DNA of 64,000 nucleotides from Bilabrum cf. latius (lineage: Eukaryota), in the NCBI GenBank assembly GCA_965178125.1, contig OZ237774.1:248001-312000 (forward strand), given 5' to 3'. This document shows positions 1 to 13,700 of this stretch, piece after piece; the first letter of the stretch is position 1; each line of letters opens with the position of its first letter. Below the pieces are notes generated by a model. It did no database searches and was not told the origin of the DNA. It was given only the letters and a program-made list of their open reading frames with translations. The position numbers and the translations under genes are program-made.

Positions 1-210
1 GTGATGAACGCGCTGCGCACGCTCGTGCCCGACGATCGGTTCCAGGTGCAGGGCACCGCCAACCTGCTCGAGTCCACGGAGCTGGCAGCCGAGGGCATGC
101 TGGTGTTCTTCAACGCGAAGGCCGTGATCTCGATCGCGCTGTGCTTCTTCGCTGCGTGGCTGATTTTCTCTGCGACTATCCGTGAGAACTCGAGGGAGCT
201 GGGGGTGCAA
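1..210 (+). CDS. Partial FtsX/ABC3-type permease-like segment (5' truncated by window; continuation after ~210 not found)
   Basis: GC-rich hydrophobic frame ...VISIALCFFAAWLIFSATIRENSRELGV resembles the FtsX-domain TM helix plus 'RE.GV(LRA.G)' motif. The sequence becomes AT-rich right after it. Confidence 0.45.
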
Positions 211-1245
211 TGTAAATCCCGTCTTTCTCTTGCACAGTGCGCATCCGTCTAGATTTAGAATTCTACTTTGCCTAAGTAGGCCGTAACATCGATGAGATAC
301 GCCATCCCCTAGGGTGCTCGACATGACAACCCCGTGTTTCTAAATTGCATCGAGAGTGTCACATAAACAGAATACAAAATTGTGAGGTTGAGGTAATGAA
401 TACATGAATTGATTCGGCTCTTTCCTTTTATTTATTCCGTTGGTAACACTAGTAACAATCTAAAGATCATGTTGTATTGTCTTCGTAGTTCTTAAACAAG
501 CAGATAAATCAAACAAAATTTCAAATTCCTTTGTTTATCTGCGTTGGTAATTACATAGCAAACGACAAATTATATTATACAGAAAAGGCAGATATTTAGG
601 CGTTTACTTCAAAATGAAAGGAGGAATAGGCGAGACTGTAAGGGGAACAATAGACTTGAGGGTCCAGTTTATTGATGATAATTAATTGAAAGATGTATTC
701 TGACATGGTAGCGAATAGGTAGAGGCTCGCAAATTCAAAGTCAAAGTCGGCCACAACCAATGCAGGCCAACAAATCCAATCTATTTGATGAATTTATCGC
801 TTTGATATATTTTATCGTCATCAAACTTTTACCTTCTGCTAGCCTTCTTGCAATACTAGTTCTCTTTGGCAATAATCGAGCTTCCCATGTCATCCAAGCT
901 GTTACTGTGCACCGCCTTGGTTTGGCTGTGGTACCACTGGGGCTCTTGGAGTCTGCAGCTCGATATTCTCTCGCGCACATTCCTTTGCTCCTACCTAAAG
1001 ATTAATTCCGACCGCTTCATGTTCTATGCCTGTAATGGGCAAATCGGCATTCGCCACCGCCCCTACATCTGCATCCACTGCTTGTTGCCAACATTTTTGA
1101 AGCGAGTTCCCATTTCAGATAGTCAAGTGTGTATTTAGATTTTGTAGATGCTATTCGGTAGTTTTCGGAATGAAAACGATTTGAATCACATTTTGGTCGC
1201 CTTGAACCAGACACAAGCATAATTGATTCAAAACATCTTAAGAAT

Positions 1246-3078
1246 TCAATTTTCACTACCTTCACGTCGTTTTTTGGCCTAACCGCCACCCTAAGGCAAA
1301 TCAGCTTCTTCACGCGATCGTTTCTTGCTTTCTGCAGACTCTGCGCTGTCCTTTAGCTGAGTTTTCACCTCGCCACGTTCTACTGCAGTAACACCATCGA
1401 ACCATTGATGATCAAGACAATCCTGAGCTGATATTCTTTTGGAAGCATCGGGACAAAGAAGTTGCCTAACAAGATCTTTAGCGTCGAGAGACACTGATGA
1501 CCAGTATTTCGAAGGGAAACTCCACTTGACACCCGATCCCAGCTTGTTGAGTGCCTCGTCGCTGAATGGAGGTCTACCTGACAATACAATGTACATGATG
1601 ACTCCAACTGACCACATATCTGCAGACAAGCCATACCTCCCGGCACCAAAGTGAGTGTCTTTACGTTCCAATACTTCTGGAGCAAAATACTGCGAAAAAA
1701 AGAAAAATTTATGAAATTTATTAACAGTTTATATACAAGAGGAAACATGAATTACGTAGAGAGGGCCTTTGTGCTCGCTCACCTGTGGAGATCCAACATA
1801 AGTTTTGAGCCCTTCGAACCCCAAGGTTCTTGCTACACCAAAGTCTGCAAGAACCGGCACCGTATCACAAGCTGGGTCTTCACTAGCAAGCAAAATGTTC
1901 TCAGGTTTCAAGTCCCTATGCATGATCTCCCGGTCGTGAAGATATTTGACAGCATCCAGAATTCCTTTCATGAGAACTTTTGCTCTGCTTTCCGGGTATG
2001 CACCTTTGTCAACAAGCCTATCGAATAGCTCACCACCTCGTATCAATTCCATGAAAATGTAAATTCGACGTGCAGACTACCGACAAGTTTCCAATCGAAC
2101 AATATTTTGATGTGAGATCGAGTGTAACAGCTTGACTTCCCGCATCAGTTGCCCAAGCCTAGCTTCCGGCAGCATTTGGTACTTTCTCTTCTCGATGATT
2201 TTACATGCATACTCGCGTCCCGTCTTTCGATCGATCGCCCGCTTCACACTTGCATAAGATCCAGATCCCAGTACTTCTCGAATGTCGAACTGCCTTGCTA
2301 CGCTTTGATCACTGACTATGCTGTCGAATTCAGAAGAGACACCGGAAATTGACGGCGCATGCTTGAGCGCGCCCCCAGTTGCAGCTTCGCCCGAGTCTCC
2401 CGCCAGGCCATGAGCTAGCACCTGCTAAAACACATAGCCGGCCTGTTTGTAGTGCGGGGCGTTTGGGGCAAGCAAGGCAACCTGCGAACCGAGGTAGAGC
2501 ACAATGCAATCGGGTTCTTAGATAGACAGAAGTCAAAGCTGTTTTGAACCCGGCAGGGGAATGCTCTCACTTCATCCCCAGAATGTACCTGTCGTGGCTC
2601 TCCTTTGATGAGGCGCATTGAGTTGACGTACGTGCCATTCGTGCTCCTGTCCGTGATGTACACCGCCGGTGTGGTGGTCCCTGCAGACTCTGGAGCTTTC
2701 GTGCTCATGATACAGTGTTTGCCACTGATGTGGGGATTCTCAATGACAACATCACACGTTTTAGACCTGCCCAGCAGGAATTGCTGCTTGGGATACGCTA
2801 ACTCGATCGTCTTGGTACCCCCTGCGGCTTCGTTCACAATTCAAAATTATCAGCTAGAGATGGCCTAGTACAACAAAGCAAGGATGGTTGCAATACTTAA
2901 GTTTATAAATCTCACCCTCGGTCGACAACGGAACCAGCTTTCCCCAGATTCTAGGAAGTTTAGGCGGCGGATCAATATCGCCCAAGGCCTGCGACTGCGG
3001 CATGGTTGCCTCGTCATAGTAGGCTTGTGTCGGGCCAACACTATCTTGACTTGGTTGTCCAGCTCCTGCATGCGCCAT
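1246..3078 (-). CDS. CHK2: CHK2/Rad53-like checkpoint kinase (SQ/TQ cluster, FHA, Ser/Thr kinase); spliced; TAG read as Gln
   Basis: N-terminal SQ/TQ sites (PSQD, PTQ, QSQ). FHA motifs GRSKTCD, HISGKHC, DRSTNGTYVN. Kinase motifs GSGSYASV, ACK, HRDLKPEN, DFG, GSPQ|YFAPE across intron 1690-1782, DMWSVG. In-frame TAG at 2425 (YVF*Q), 2077 (inside the kinase domain), 1291 and 1279. First TGA at 1246. Confidence 0.85.
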
Positions 3079-3434
3079 CGTTGCGCAGAACTGAACCGTA
3101 GAATGTCGACAAAAAGAAGCCAAGATCGGTTCGTCTGTTTCAAATAACACTTCTTGCTGTATACGGTCAGCTAGCAACAAAGCTGTGGCTTGTGAGGTAT
3201 ATGCGACTTATCAACTGGCAGAAGCCACGCTTTCTTGGCAAACGTAGACAAACGAACGGTACCTTTAGGGCAAATTAGCAGCTTCTCTTGAGTTGCCGCC
3301 AGTGTGACGAGTCGGAGTTGATCCACCCGTTGGTGGTTCGTTCGTTCGGTGTATCCTCGTGCGCCTCAAAGTTTCCTTCGCGCCTAGCACTATAGCCTGC
3401 CAATGCTATCACTCTAAAATCATACAATTTATTG

Positions 3435-4589
3435 ATGAGCGCCCCAGGCAAGTTGCTATCATGTTCGGAGCAGCAAGTCAGCGACGAATTCCTCCGGACT
3501 TCAACTGCAACTACTGATGATCAGATTCGTTCGAGCAGCGGGGCCCCGGTACTGAGGGAGCTTCTACTAGCAAGAAAGTCAACTGGTGGTTGGAAGGGAT
3601 TCGTTAGCTTCGCCGGCAGAGATGACCGCCTTCGCAAGACGAGACTTCAGCTTGTGCTTTCCGGCGTTAGCCTGGGCGAGAATCGGCTCGCTGACGATCT
3701 CGGGGCATTCTCAGCATCATCATCATCGTTGTCTTCTTCCCTGGAGAGCACTACTTCTGACTCTTCCAGCGGCGAGGACGAAAGCGAGCAGGACGGCTGC
3801 CCCAGGACTTCTTACAGCCGGAGCATGAGCTCTCTTACTCAGGCTGGAACGAGCAAGGAACGAGCAGGGCGGTCACGTGATGTTGTTGATATTGCTGCTG
3901 CCGCTGCTACTTCTGCTGGTGGCGACAATTGTGGTGCTCAGGGAGTTCATGACACACTGACCCAGGCCCAGGCTGCTGCACGCCCTCGCCCAGCACCGAG
4001 TGCCGCCAGTCACAGGCACAGAGAGGCAGGCAGGGGCAGGGGCAGGGGCAGAGAGACTGGCAGGGGCACGAAAATGAGCTAGACAAGGAGCAGACTCGAT
4101 GACCGGCCCGCAAGCTGGCAGACCTCATAGACCCCATAGGCCGCTTCTCGTAGTAGTGGTGGTGGCAGCACGCCCGGGGCTGGGCATCCTCATAGCTCCA
4201 GAAATGGTCGCCGGGGGCCAGTCAGGTCTGTGTCCCGCGGTGTGACGAGTGAATCGGCCCCGGTCATGACCCTCCGCGGCATGTCTTGCGACCCCCGCGC
4301 CCCGGAAGGCACGCACGGCATGGGTCCTTTCTGGAGGCATGGGCCGAGCACTCGTTACACTTCCATCTCGGTCAGGGCACGGTCTGGGCTTGAAGTGAGG
4401 CCGGGCAGTGGCATGAAATCATTTGCATCAGGTGGCAGCAGGAGGACGATGATCAGTGAGAGCCACACGAGGAGGAGGCAGGGCGGTGCCGCCCTTGGGG
4501 TGCGTGGACACACGGGCAGTACTGGTGCTGGTGCTGGTGCTGGCACCTTTGGGCACGCACGATTCAGTGGAACCGGGGGATACACGTGA
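3435..4589 (+). CDS. Hypothetical low-complexity protein (~384 aa with TAG read-through)
   Basis: ORFs 3432-4082 and 4230-4589 share a frame and are separated only by TAG codons. Ends at TGA. No recognisable domain. Confidence 0.5.
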
Positions 4590-4755
4590 GTGCAGTATCT
4601 CTATATGTGCATAATGTGCGTTCAATACTTTGCAATAATAAATCGGCGCAAGTCATAAAATTCTGCTATACAATCTGTGTGCGCGTTGCAGGGCACCCGA
4701 TCGGATCACGTCAAGACCGAGCCGTTGCATCGCAACCGATGCTGCTACTCACTCG

Positions 4756-7700
4756 TCACACCACCCAGTACACACCCCCTTTTGCTCCCGGGAGCTGTAT
4801 GCCCAGTGAGGCCGCAATGCCCCCCTCGACCGCGGCCTCATCATCCCCGTCGCTGCCACCTCCGTCACCCATCCCACCACCACCCCCGAAGTCCACTTCA
4901 TCTTGCCTGCTTGCCCGTGCACTGGTGGAGGCCCTGGAAGCGGCACGGGGAGAGGGCAAGGGGGAGGCACAGGGCGAGAGAAACACATCCTCCTCCTGCT
5001 GTTTCTGATGCTGCTGCTGCTCCTGTTGCGCATCGTCGCATTCCTCCGCTGGTTCCACGGCGCTTTCTCCTGCTACGGCAGATCCCTGCGCAGCACTAAT
5101 TGCGAGATCCTCCGACTTTGACCACCTCCGCGGCTTCGACCTGCCCGCGGATCGCGCCACTCCCACGCCTCTCCTGCCCCCACGCCCCACCCGCCTCCCT
5201 ACCGATGTGCTCCGAAATGCGGCTAGCCCAGCTAACGAGCCACCAGCACCGCTGGATGCTGTTGCCGGTGCTGATGCCTCCTTAAGTGGCATATTCTTTC
5301 CATCCCCTCCACTCATCACACCTCTTCCCGGCTTGATCCCGTCCTCGCCCCCGGCCACAGGTAGAGTCCCGCCGCGGCCACCGCCCCACAGCATCTGCAG
5401 CAGCGATCCACCGGTGGACTGCTCTGCTACTGGTGCCTTCGCCGGATAGTCTGCCGTATCTGTACCATCGCCGTGCACTGCGCCCACAGCCTCGAGATCA
5501 ACGAGCCTCCGCTCGCGAGTCGTTGGTCCACCGGTGGATTGGGGCGGGGACACGAGCACCCGAGGCGCGCTCGCCGAACCGCCTGCGTGGATCGAACGCT
5601 TGCTCGATGCTCGCGGGCTGCACTGCACTGCATCGCAAGCAGAGTTCTCCATGGTATGTCCCTTCTCATTCCGAGTTGATGCTTGCCTTGAGGCCGCATC
5701 TGGTGCATCGGCACCACCGCTGCCGCGCGTGCCCGCAACTGGGTTGACTCGAACAAAGACGTCACCAGGGCCCATGGCACCAATCGGTGCTGCCCTGCCA
5801 CCACCAACGCTGCCACTGCTGAGCTCATCAAGCAGGTGGCTGGTCTTCGAGTGCCTGGCGCGGCGGGGCACGGCTCCGGGTCCGCTCGCCTCTGCTCCAC
5901 CAGCTCCGTCAGATGCACCCGCCTCGGGTTGCCCCGTGACACCGTCCTTGGAGCCGGATTGTTTCGATTCCGAGTGCTCGTATCTCCCCGCGGGTGCTTC
6001 ATCAAGCTCGGGCACGGCCAGCAATCGCCTGCCGCCTGCACCTGCCACTCCACTAGACGGAGAAACGATCACCAGAGCATCGTCTCCTGCTCCAGCCCTG
6101 CCTGGGGATGGAGACGACAGCAGCAGCTAGCCGTGAAAGCCACCACCGCGCGAGGGGGAGGTCAATAGCCCCTTCTGACTGGCAGGCGATGCATCCAGCG
6201 ACCTGCATCCCGCTGTCCGTACTCGCGTGGGGGTGGAAGCTGGGCTCCTGGACGGCCGCCTGTCTCGGAAGACCGCCCCTGTTGCCAGCATGTCCCTACA
6301 GCTGGCCATTTCAAGCGTCTGACGCCTGTGACGTTCCTGAGGCGATCCCGCCGGCTTCAAGGGCGGCTTGCTGCTCCCTCGATCCACCTTGTCCCCAGGC
6401 GCCTGCTTCTCGCTCGCCTCACGCATCCGGGCCACTGCTGCCAGCGTGGAGGCGCGCTTGAGCGGATCTTGCGCGGCGTCGGGTGCAGACCCGCCTTGTG
6501 CTGCACTTGAGCCGTCCAATTTTACAGCATTCTCACAGAGCAGTGGGTTTCCACTCATTGCAAGTTCCCGCCTGCTGGCGGGATCTGCGCCGCGGATGGC
6601 CGTGTGCAGCCGCATACCATTCTATGTACCACCTCCACCTCCCACCACCACGGCCGTGGCTTTCACCGGACTGAGTATGGCTCCCAGGATGGATTTCTTC
6701 CCTGCCTTTCCTTCTCCTGCGCCATCCGTACCGCCTCCATCTTCATCCTGGTTATCGTCCTCCAGATACCTGCACCACATCGCCGCCCCGATGCACATGG
6801 CACACGCAGCCAAGACGCTTCCGCTTATGATCAGACTCAGCGCAAGCACGCTCAGAACTGGACCCCCGTGCCCATCTAACTCATCCCTTCCGTTGACACC
6901 CCCCTCCATAGACATGCCCCCATGGAGGGGACCGCACACCAGCCTGGGGTCAGGCCCGCTGCACCCCGCGTGGGCGATTCGCACGGGCGGCGTCCACATT
7001 ACGTGGCCACTGTCGCTATCGCTAGTGTTCGCTCGTGCCAGGGACAACGGCAGGCGAGTCACCACATACACCTCCTTCAGTCCACCGGTGGAACTCACGA
7101 GGATAGACCGCGACTCCAGCCGACGGAACGTGACCTTGGCCCCTGCCGTGCCGTTCGAGCCTCCACCCGCGGCGCACTCCAGCTGAGCCGTCTCCATCCA
7201 CAGCTCGCTGGTGCTGGTATTCCCTGCTGCATCAGGGCATGGTGTTGGCGCAGCCACTCTTGAAACAAGTACTATGGATGCATTGGCAAGCTGCTCGATC
7301 CCCGCAGTAGAGCGCAGCTGCATGGCGAAAGTGGGGGACAGCTGCCGCTGCATGCTTTGCGCAATGTGCGCCTAGATTCGCACGGGAGCTGTCGTCAAAG
7401 TGATGGAAGCCCCTACTCCCGTGTTGCCTCCCGCATCGACGATTACAACCCGAGTAGAGGAGGGCCACAGACCGCCTTGAATCGATTCACTTGACTGGAC
7501 CAGAGGCACTGTACGCTGATACAGCGCTTTCACAGAGAGACCGGTGAGATCGGCATCGGACAATGGCACAGACACGGACTTTGATGGCAGCACTGCCGTA
7601 TGAGGGGCCGTTTGCAACAGATGCGCAGCAACACTGCTATCCGATGAACCTGCAAACATGCACCCATCATTACTGGAAGCGCACGACCCGTCTCTGCACG

Positions 7701-10700
7701 TGATCTCGCTGTCGAGACACGCGAATTGGGCAGCAGCAGCAGTCGGCAGCGAGATCACAGGCCCCGTGGCGTGCACCGCGACTATACCCGCATCCATGGC
7801 GGAGTTGCCCGACAGGATTGCCTCGTCCCACAGATCCGCTGTTCCCTGGCACGCCGGCGGCATTCGCCCAGTGCCCGGCACCAGTGGCACATGGCTGGAT
7901 GCAGCGCGCAGAGCACCAGATTCATCCCCAGCTGCGACGTATTGGAAAGCGTCCTCGTCAGTCATTGCCTTGTCCCCTCTCCACAGAGTCGCAGGAAGCC
8001 CAAGTGCGAGCAGGTCCTGTTCGTCTTCCCCCAAAGAATCTCTAGGACAGTCCCACGGGAACTCCACGCACCCAGTGCCGGCACCAGGGCAACTGATGGG
8101 GGCCGATGGGTTGCTGCACTCGGGCTGGAGGTAGCCTAGCTCGAGTGACTGGCGAGCTGCAACGCCGCCCGCATGCACCATCCCGGAGCACCCATCGGCG
8201 CGTGGAGCGCATCGCCCAAGGACAGGGCAGAACGAATACCCAGCTGGTGAGCCAGCACAGGACTCGAGCGTGCTTGCACTCCAGAACTCTGCGGGGGGCA
8301 GGGTGCGGGACAGACTAGTCGAGGCGATTGCAGAGCTCCCATGGGCTGTTGCAGCGGCTATGTCCAGTGCCTGCTGTGTGATGTTCGCCTGAAGCTGTCC
8401 GCTATGCTCGAGGATAGCAGGGAGTGCGATTGCTATTGTGCCGCCAGTTGCAGCCGGGTCCACACGCCCATCTCGGCTCGTATCCACAGGAAGATGCAGC
8501 ACGATACTGAGGTAGCGCCAGGAGAGCAGACCCCCAATGAGGGTCCCGCTGACAGTATTGCTCATGGGTCCAGAACCCTACTTTAAGCGCAAGGCCGCAG
8601 CTGAGCATGCCTGCAATACTGAGACGTTTGCGGGCAACGAAGCTGGGGCGAGCAGATCAACCAAACCCATCTAGTGATACGGGACCGCCAGGTCGGGCTG
8701 GAGCAGACGAACGCATCGCGTTGGCATGACAGTTGCTTCCACTGCAACCAGTGCAGCCCCTTCCACTTCCTCCTGGATGTTAGAGTTCCCCAGCTCTACC
8801 TAGAATTCCTCGGCATCCTGGATTGCCGATAGCGCGACCGTGCGAAGCGAGACGAGGCCCAGCTGCGCCACGTGAGCAACACTCTCACTAGAATGCACGC
8901 GTACGGACAGCAACGTGGACGCTCCGTCGCTTTGGATCTTTCTTAAAACCACACTAGCTCTTCCTGGATTCATGGCATGCACACGGACAGCCACGTGGCT
9001 GCAAGTGATCTGCGCCCTCACCTGGGACGCTCCGGGCATACCCTCCACGGGCGATGAGGAATCATGACTGCTCGTGGTATCGGTTTGGATAGAGCAGCCC
9101 TCGAGTTCTAGTTCCGACGCTGTGACAAGTGCGCGGTCTGCTGCATCTGCTTCGATCGATAATGCGAGCCCAGGGCCCCATGCCACGAGGCCAGCGCCTT
9201 TGATATCACCCAGGCTCGCCGTCGTAGGCAACTGCCCAATCCATCGAACAGTCGCATTGTGTGCGCCCAATGCGGCCGCATTTGCGGTTGCGGGCTGGTT
9301 CGAAAGGATCCATGCCGCGGTCTCAACAGCAACGGCCTGTCGAATGAAAGCAGTCTCCCCTGCAAGGAGATCGATGGAGCGGGCTGCACCGTCGCTCTGT
9401 TCGGTCGTTGATACGCCTGCTGTGGCATTCCCACCAGCACTTCTCCCTTGCTCTGACAATTCAGCACGGATGGCATCGACTATCAGGCTGCCCACAGTAG
9501 CCCCACTACTCCCGTCAATGACATTGACCATGGCGCTGCCTGGCAACTGGCACTGCACGCTCACAGCTGGTCCTGCCGGCCAAGTTAGTACCTGAAGGGT
9601 CGCATTGCATGCAGATGCTCCGGGTAAGCTCGTCCCATTGTCAGACGCACGCATCGCTTCCACGCTCAACTGGGATGCATCGGACCAAAGGTTGGCACCA
9701 GCACTGTCAAACAGTCTCAATCCGACCAACGATGCGTGTGCACTTCCGGCCTCTACTGTCAGAATATTGTCCGTCAGAGTCAAGGCAGAGTCAACATTCG
9801 TCCAACGAGCTTTCGCGGGGTCTGCATGACTTCTAGGCAGCTTCAGCAAGCCTAGCTCGTCTGTTCCTGCACCGAATACAACAGCTGCCTGGGAACCGCC
9901 CACCAGCCTGCCTCCGAACCAGATCCTCGTCACATAGTCAGCTCCGCTTTGCAAACACGAAGCATTGATTTGAATGGCAGCAAAGCCAAGCGGGTTGCTC
10001 GCCAGCTCTACCTCCGAGACGTTGTGCTGCAGGCTAGCTGTCACCAACGAGCAGCCCGACTCGTTGGATGCCGCCTCTGCACCAACCAGTCTCACCCACA
10101 CGTCGCTCGCCCTTACGTTGAGACCGTTGACAGGCTCGAACAAGAGCCATACGTCGCCATCCTGCTGCTGCTCGCCCCCCACAATCGTGTCACAGGGAGG
10201 CACATCCGCTGCCATACCTCCGAGCAGGTCGCACAGAGCCCGCACCATAGGCCCCTGCACACTGTCGGGCTCGGTCCCGGGCACGTGCGATACATCCCCC
10301 CACTGTGGTACAAGGTCGCTGCGAAAGATTGGCAGCTGAGTGCTCAGATCAACTCGCACCAAGTCAAGGTCCCGCCCTACGGTGGTGTTCACGTGCACGC
10401 TCTGCGTCTCCATTGGCAGCTCGTGGGGCGCTGATGGGGTCGTCCCGCCGGACTAATGTACGACAATGCGGTACGCAGTTCCATTGAGACACGTTGTAGT
10501 GCCGTGGCTTTGCTGCTGACAAAGGGTCAGTGTCAGCTCCAGCAGGCGGGTATGGCCCGTGCATGGTGCCGCCACATCGAACACATACTTGGCTCCACCA
10601 CCAAACGCCGCGGCTGCTACGGTTGTTGCCGATACGAGAGACCCTATATTCACATCCACAATCTCCCCAGCGTTTCCTCCGCTCAGGAATGGAACGGTCG

Positions 10701-13700
10701 CTACTAGCCCGCTAGTAGATGCAACAGCACCACTAGGCACACCCTAGTCCTCACCTGCTACTGCTGTGCCAATCAACACCTCCGCGGGTGGCGATACACC
10801 ACTGGCAAGCCAGACCGCGCCTACGTTTACTACCTGCATCTCTCTCGGACTCGCAAGCGGCAGAGGGATGCGCCTCCCGGTTACATCTTGCAGCAGGACC
10901 TCCATTGCTGTTCGCCTTCCACAGGTGACTGGCAGCAGCCTGGATTCGTCATCCGCAGGGGATGTGTGCATCATAGCCTCACGATCTCCAGCGGAATATG
11001 CTGAGCTGGATTCTAATTGCAATAGGGTTGTGCTTGGGCTTGCGGTCTGGCTGGACAGCACCTGCACGGGCATGGACTGCACCTTCTTCTGCACCCCACC
11101 CTGCTCCCATGTCAGCCTGTAGGCAATCGTGTCAATCGAAGGCGGGAAACAGCCTCCGATCCGGAAGTGCATTTGGTGCATGCCGCGACTGGTCACACTA
11201 TCCAACGTATCGATCGAGTCGTATGCAACGGCTAGCTCAGTACACCCAAGCAGATTGCCGGACTCCACGACCGCAGCACTGCGAGCCATCGAACCATTGG
11301 GATGCACGGTCATAATTGCCTCTCCATTGTCGGCATCCAATACCTCGAATCTTAGTCCGTATGCACCTAGCAAATCAGCCTCCTCTCCTGTACCACTACT
11401 GCCTGCAGCATCTGCCCCGAGGCCACAGCCACCGGGCAGCTGCAGCCCGTGCTCGGTTCGGAAGCTCACTGCCACTGAATTGAGCCCACGCCGGGATTCT
11501 ACACCCACTTCCAAACCGTTTAAAACGGCGACAGCTCCAGCCCCTTCGAAATGCGTCATGCGAGGATTGCACGGCACGAGTGGAATGACCAAGCCGGCAT
11601 CCGCTCCAGTGCTATCTGCATACAAGGCCACCAGCTCGCACGACTCCAGAGTAATTCCAGCCAGACTGTCATTGGACAGGCTGTTCAGGGCACCGGCATC
11701 CATGGCAGCATGCTCCAGCAGCTCCACCTGCGCATATTGTGGCCTCAACGCTCGTGCCTTCGCCCCGCATCCCGCCCGGCTCGGGATCGCCAGGAATGGC
11801 CGCAAGGTCACCCCGCCCAGTGTGTGGGCGCCTCGGATTCCGATAGTTAGCTCCTGTAAGTCAGAGCTCCCTTGAGCTGACTGGGACTCAATATATACCT
11901 CTAATGGTCCAGCTACGCACTGCCTGTCTCCAGTTCCACCGTTCGAAGCACGCGTGCACATGACTGGCATGACCCCGATGGGCAACCGACCGGCTTCCAG
12001 GCGAGTAAGGTCGTTGCCATGCATGTCTTTCAACTGTACACTGGCAAGTAGCTCTGTTTTGGTGTCGTTCATAAGACTAGTTGCGCGGGTAAGGACGGCA
12101 CTTGGACCTGCAGGGTGCACCTCAAGAGATAGTCCAGAGGCAGATGGCACGTCACCGTGCTCCAGCCCCAAACCACTTGGGACAATGTGTGCAGGCAGGG
12201 ACAGCTACAGGCTGCCATGGCTGGTCACGGGCAATCGCTGCACCGAAACTCCTGGTTCGTCAGCCAAGGGCATGCACAATTGCTGTGTCGGGTCTAGTTG
12301 GCCCCTGTCCAGGTTACACGAGAGCTGTCCGTGTTGTGCCGTGAGCACTGTGCATTTGGCGGGATACCAGCACATGTCACTCGACTGCATGTTATCGAGC
12401 AACTGTCCGTTCAGTTGCAGATCAGCCGTACTGTTCGCATCAATGGCCGCAAAGATGGACCGGTTCACCGATATCTGCCCGCCCGCGCGTCCCAGCGCAG
12501 GCAAGGAGGTCACCAGAGCCCCATCCCTGGACTTGACAGTGATACCCATGAATACAGCAGAGTGCGGCTTTGCATCATAGGTCAAGATCGAGTCGTTGAA
12601 AGCATCTGAATGTCCTAATGCTTGCATTGGGGAGATTCCGACCCCTATCTCCAGCTAGCTGAAGCTATCAATAGGCACCTATAGGGGCTCGAGCACCTCA
12701 AACGACGGTGCTGTCCCTTGGTCTCCATCGAGCGCGCCAGGGATCGGCAGGCCGCCCCAAGTCCACTGGTACTTACCAGGACTTGTAGGACGTACCACCT
12801 AGATTGATACACCTGCAGCATGTATGCCGTCAAGGGGGCTGGCACTGCTGCCCACCCATGCGGCACCCGCGACTTCTACTGGCATCTCGACAGTCTCGTG
12901 GTTACCGCCAGTGCCTGGGACAACCAGCCGAGCGCCCAAGCAGGCACGCGCTAACACCAGGGCTGCCGTCTGGTTCCAATCGTCACCCCGCTGGATTGCT
13001 TGCATCGCCCTGTGAAGATCCCTTGCATTCGTTGCAGAATCATTCAACCCACACGCTTGCAAAATTCCCACTGACGACTAAAACACAGCCGCAGCTACAC
13101 TCAGGGGCATGCCTCCCCCTCGTCCCCGAAGCAACAGACCGATCGTGTCTACGATCCCGCCTTCTACAGCCTCCTCGGGCTTGCCCCATGTCGGATCCAG
13201 CACGATTGAAGACGACATGTCAACTTCGGAAGGAAACGACGCCACATGCGCATCGCTGGATTGAGCTTGGTGAGCCTCATGCCATGCAATCAAGTCACTA
13301 GTATTGACCCCGATTGTGTCATTGCTACCCATGGCTCGAACCATCCTATATTCCACGGAGCAATTCACCGGCAGGTTCCCATCGTGCATGGTCGACCTTG
13401 CTGGAAGGGCGGCCATTGAGAGTGCATACGAAGCAGCTAGAGGCGTACCCATAGAGGGCGCGGGAGTCACGACCGAAGGGCATGCACCTGCAGCCACAAG
13501 CCCGCGCCAGCTTCCCACAGCATCGTCAAGCCACTCAGCAACTTGGAGTTCGGTCGAAACGTCTAGTGCAAGGGATGCAACCCGCTCGAGGGCTGCTGCA
13601 GTGGACTGCACCCCGGCGCATAGCATGAGCGGTGTCTCAACGCCGTCGATTCTGGCTCTGAATCGATACGCTCCAGCCACAGGCAAGTCTGCTTCAATGT

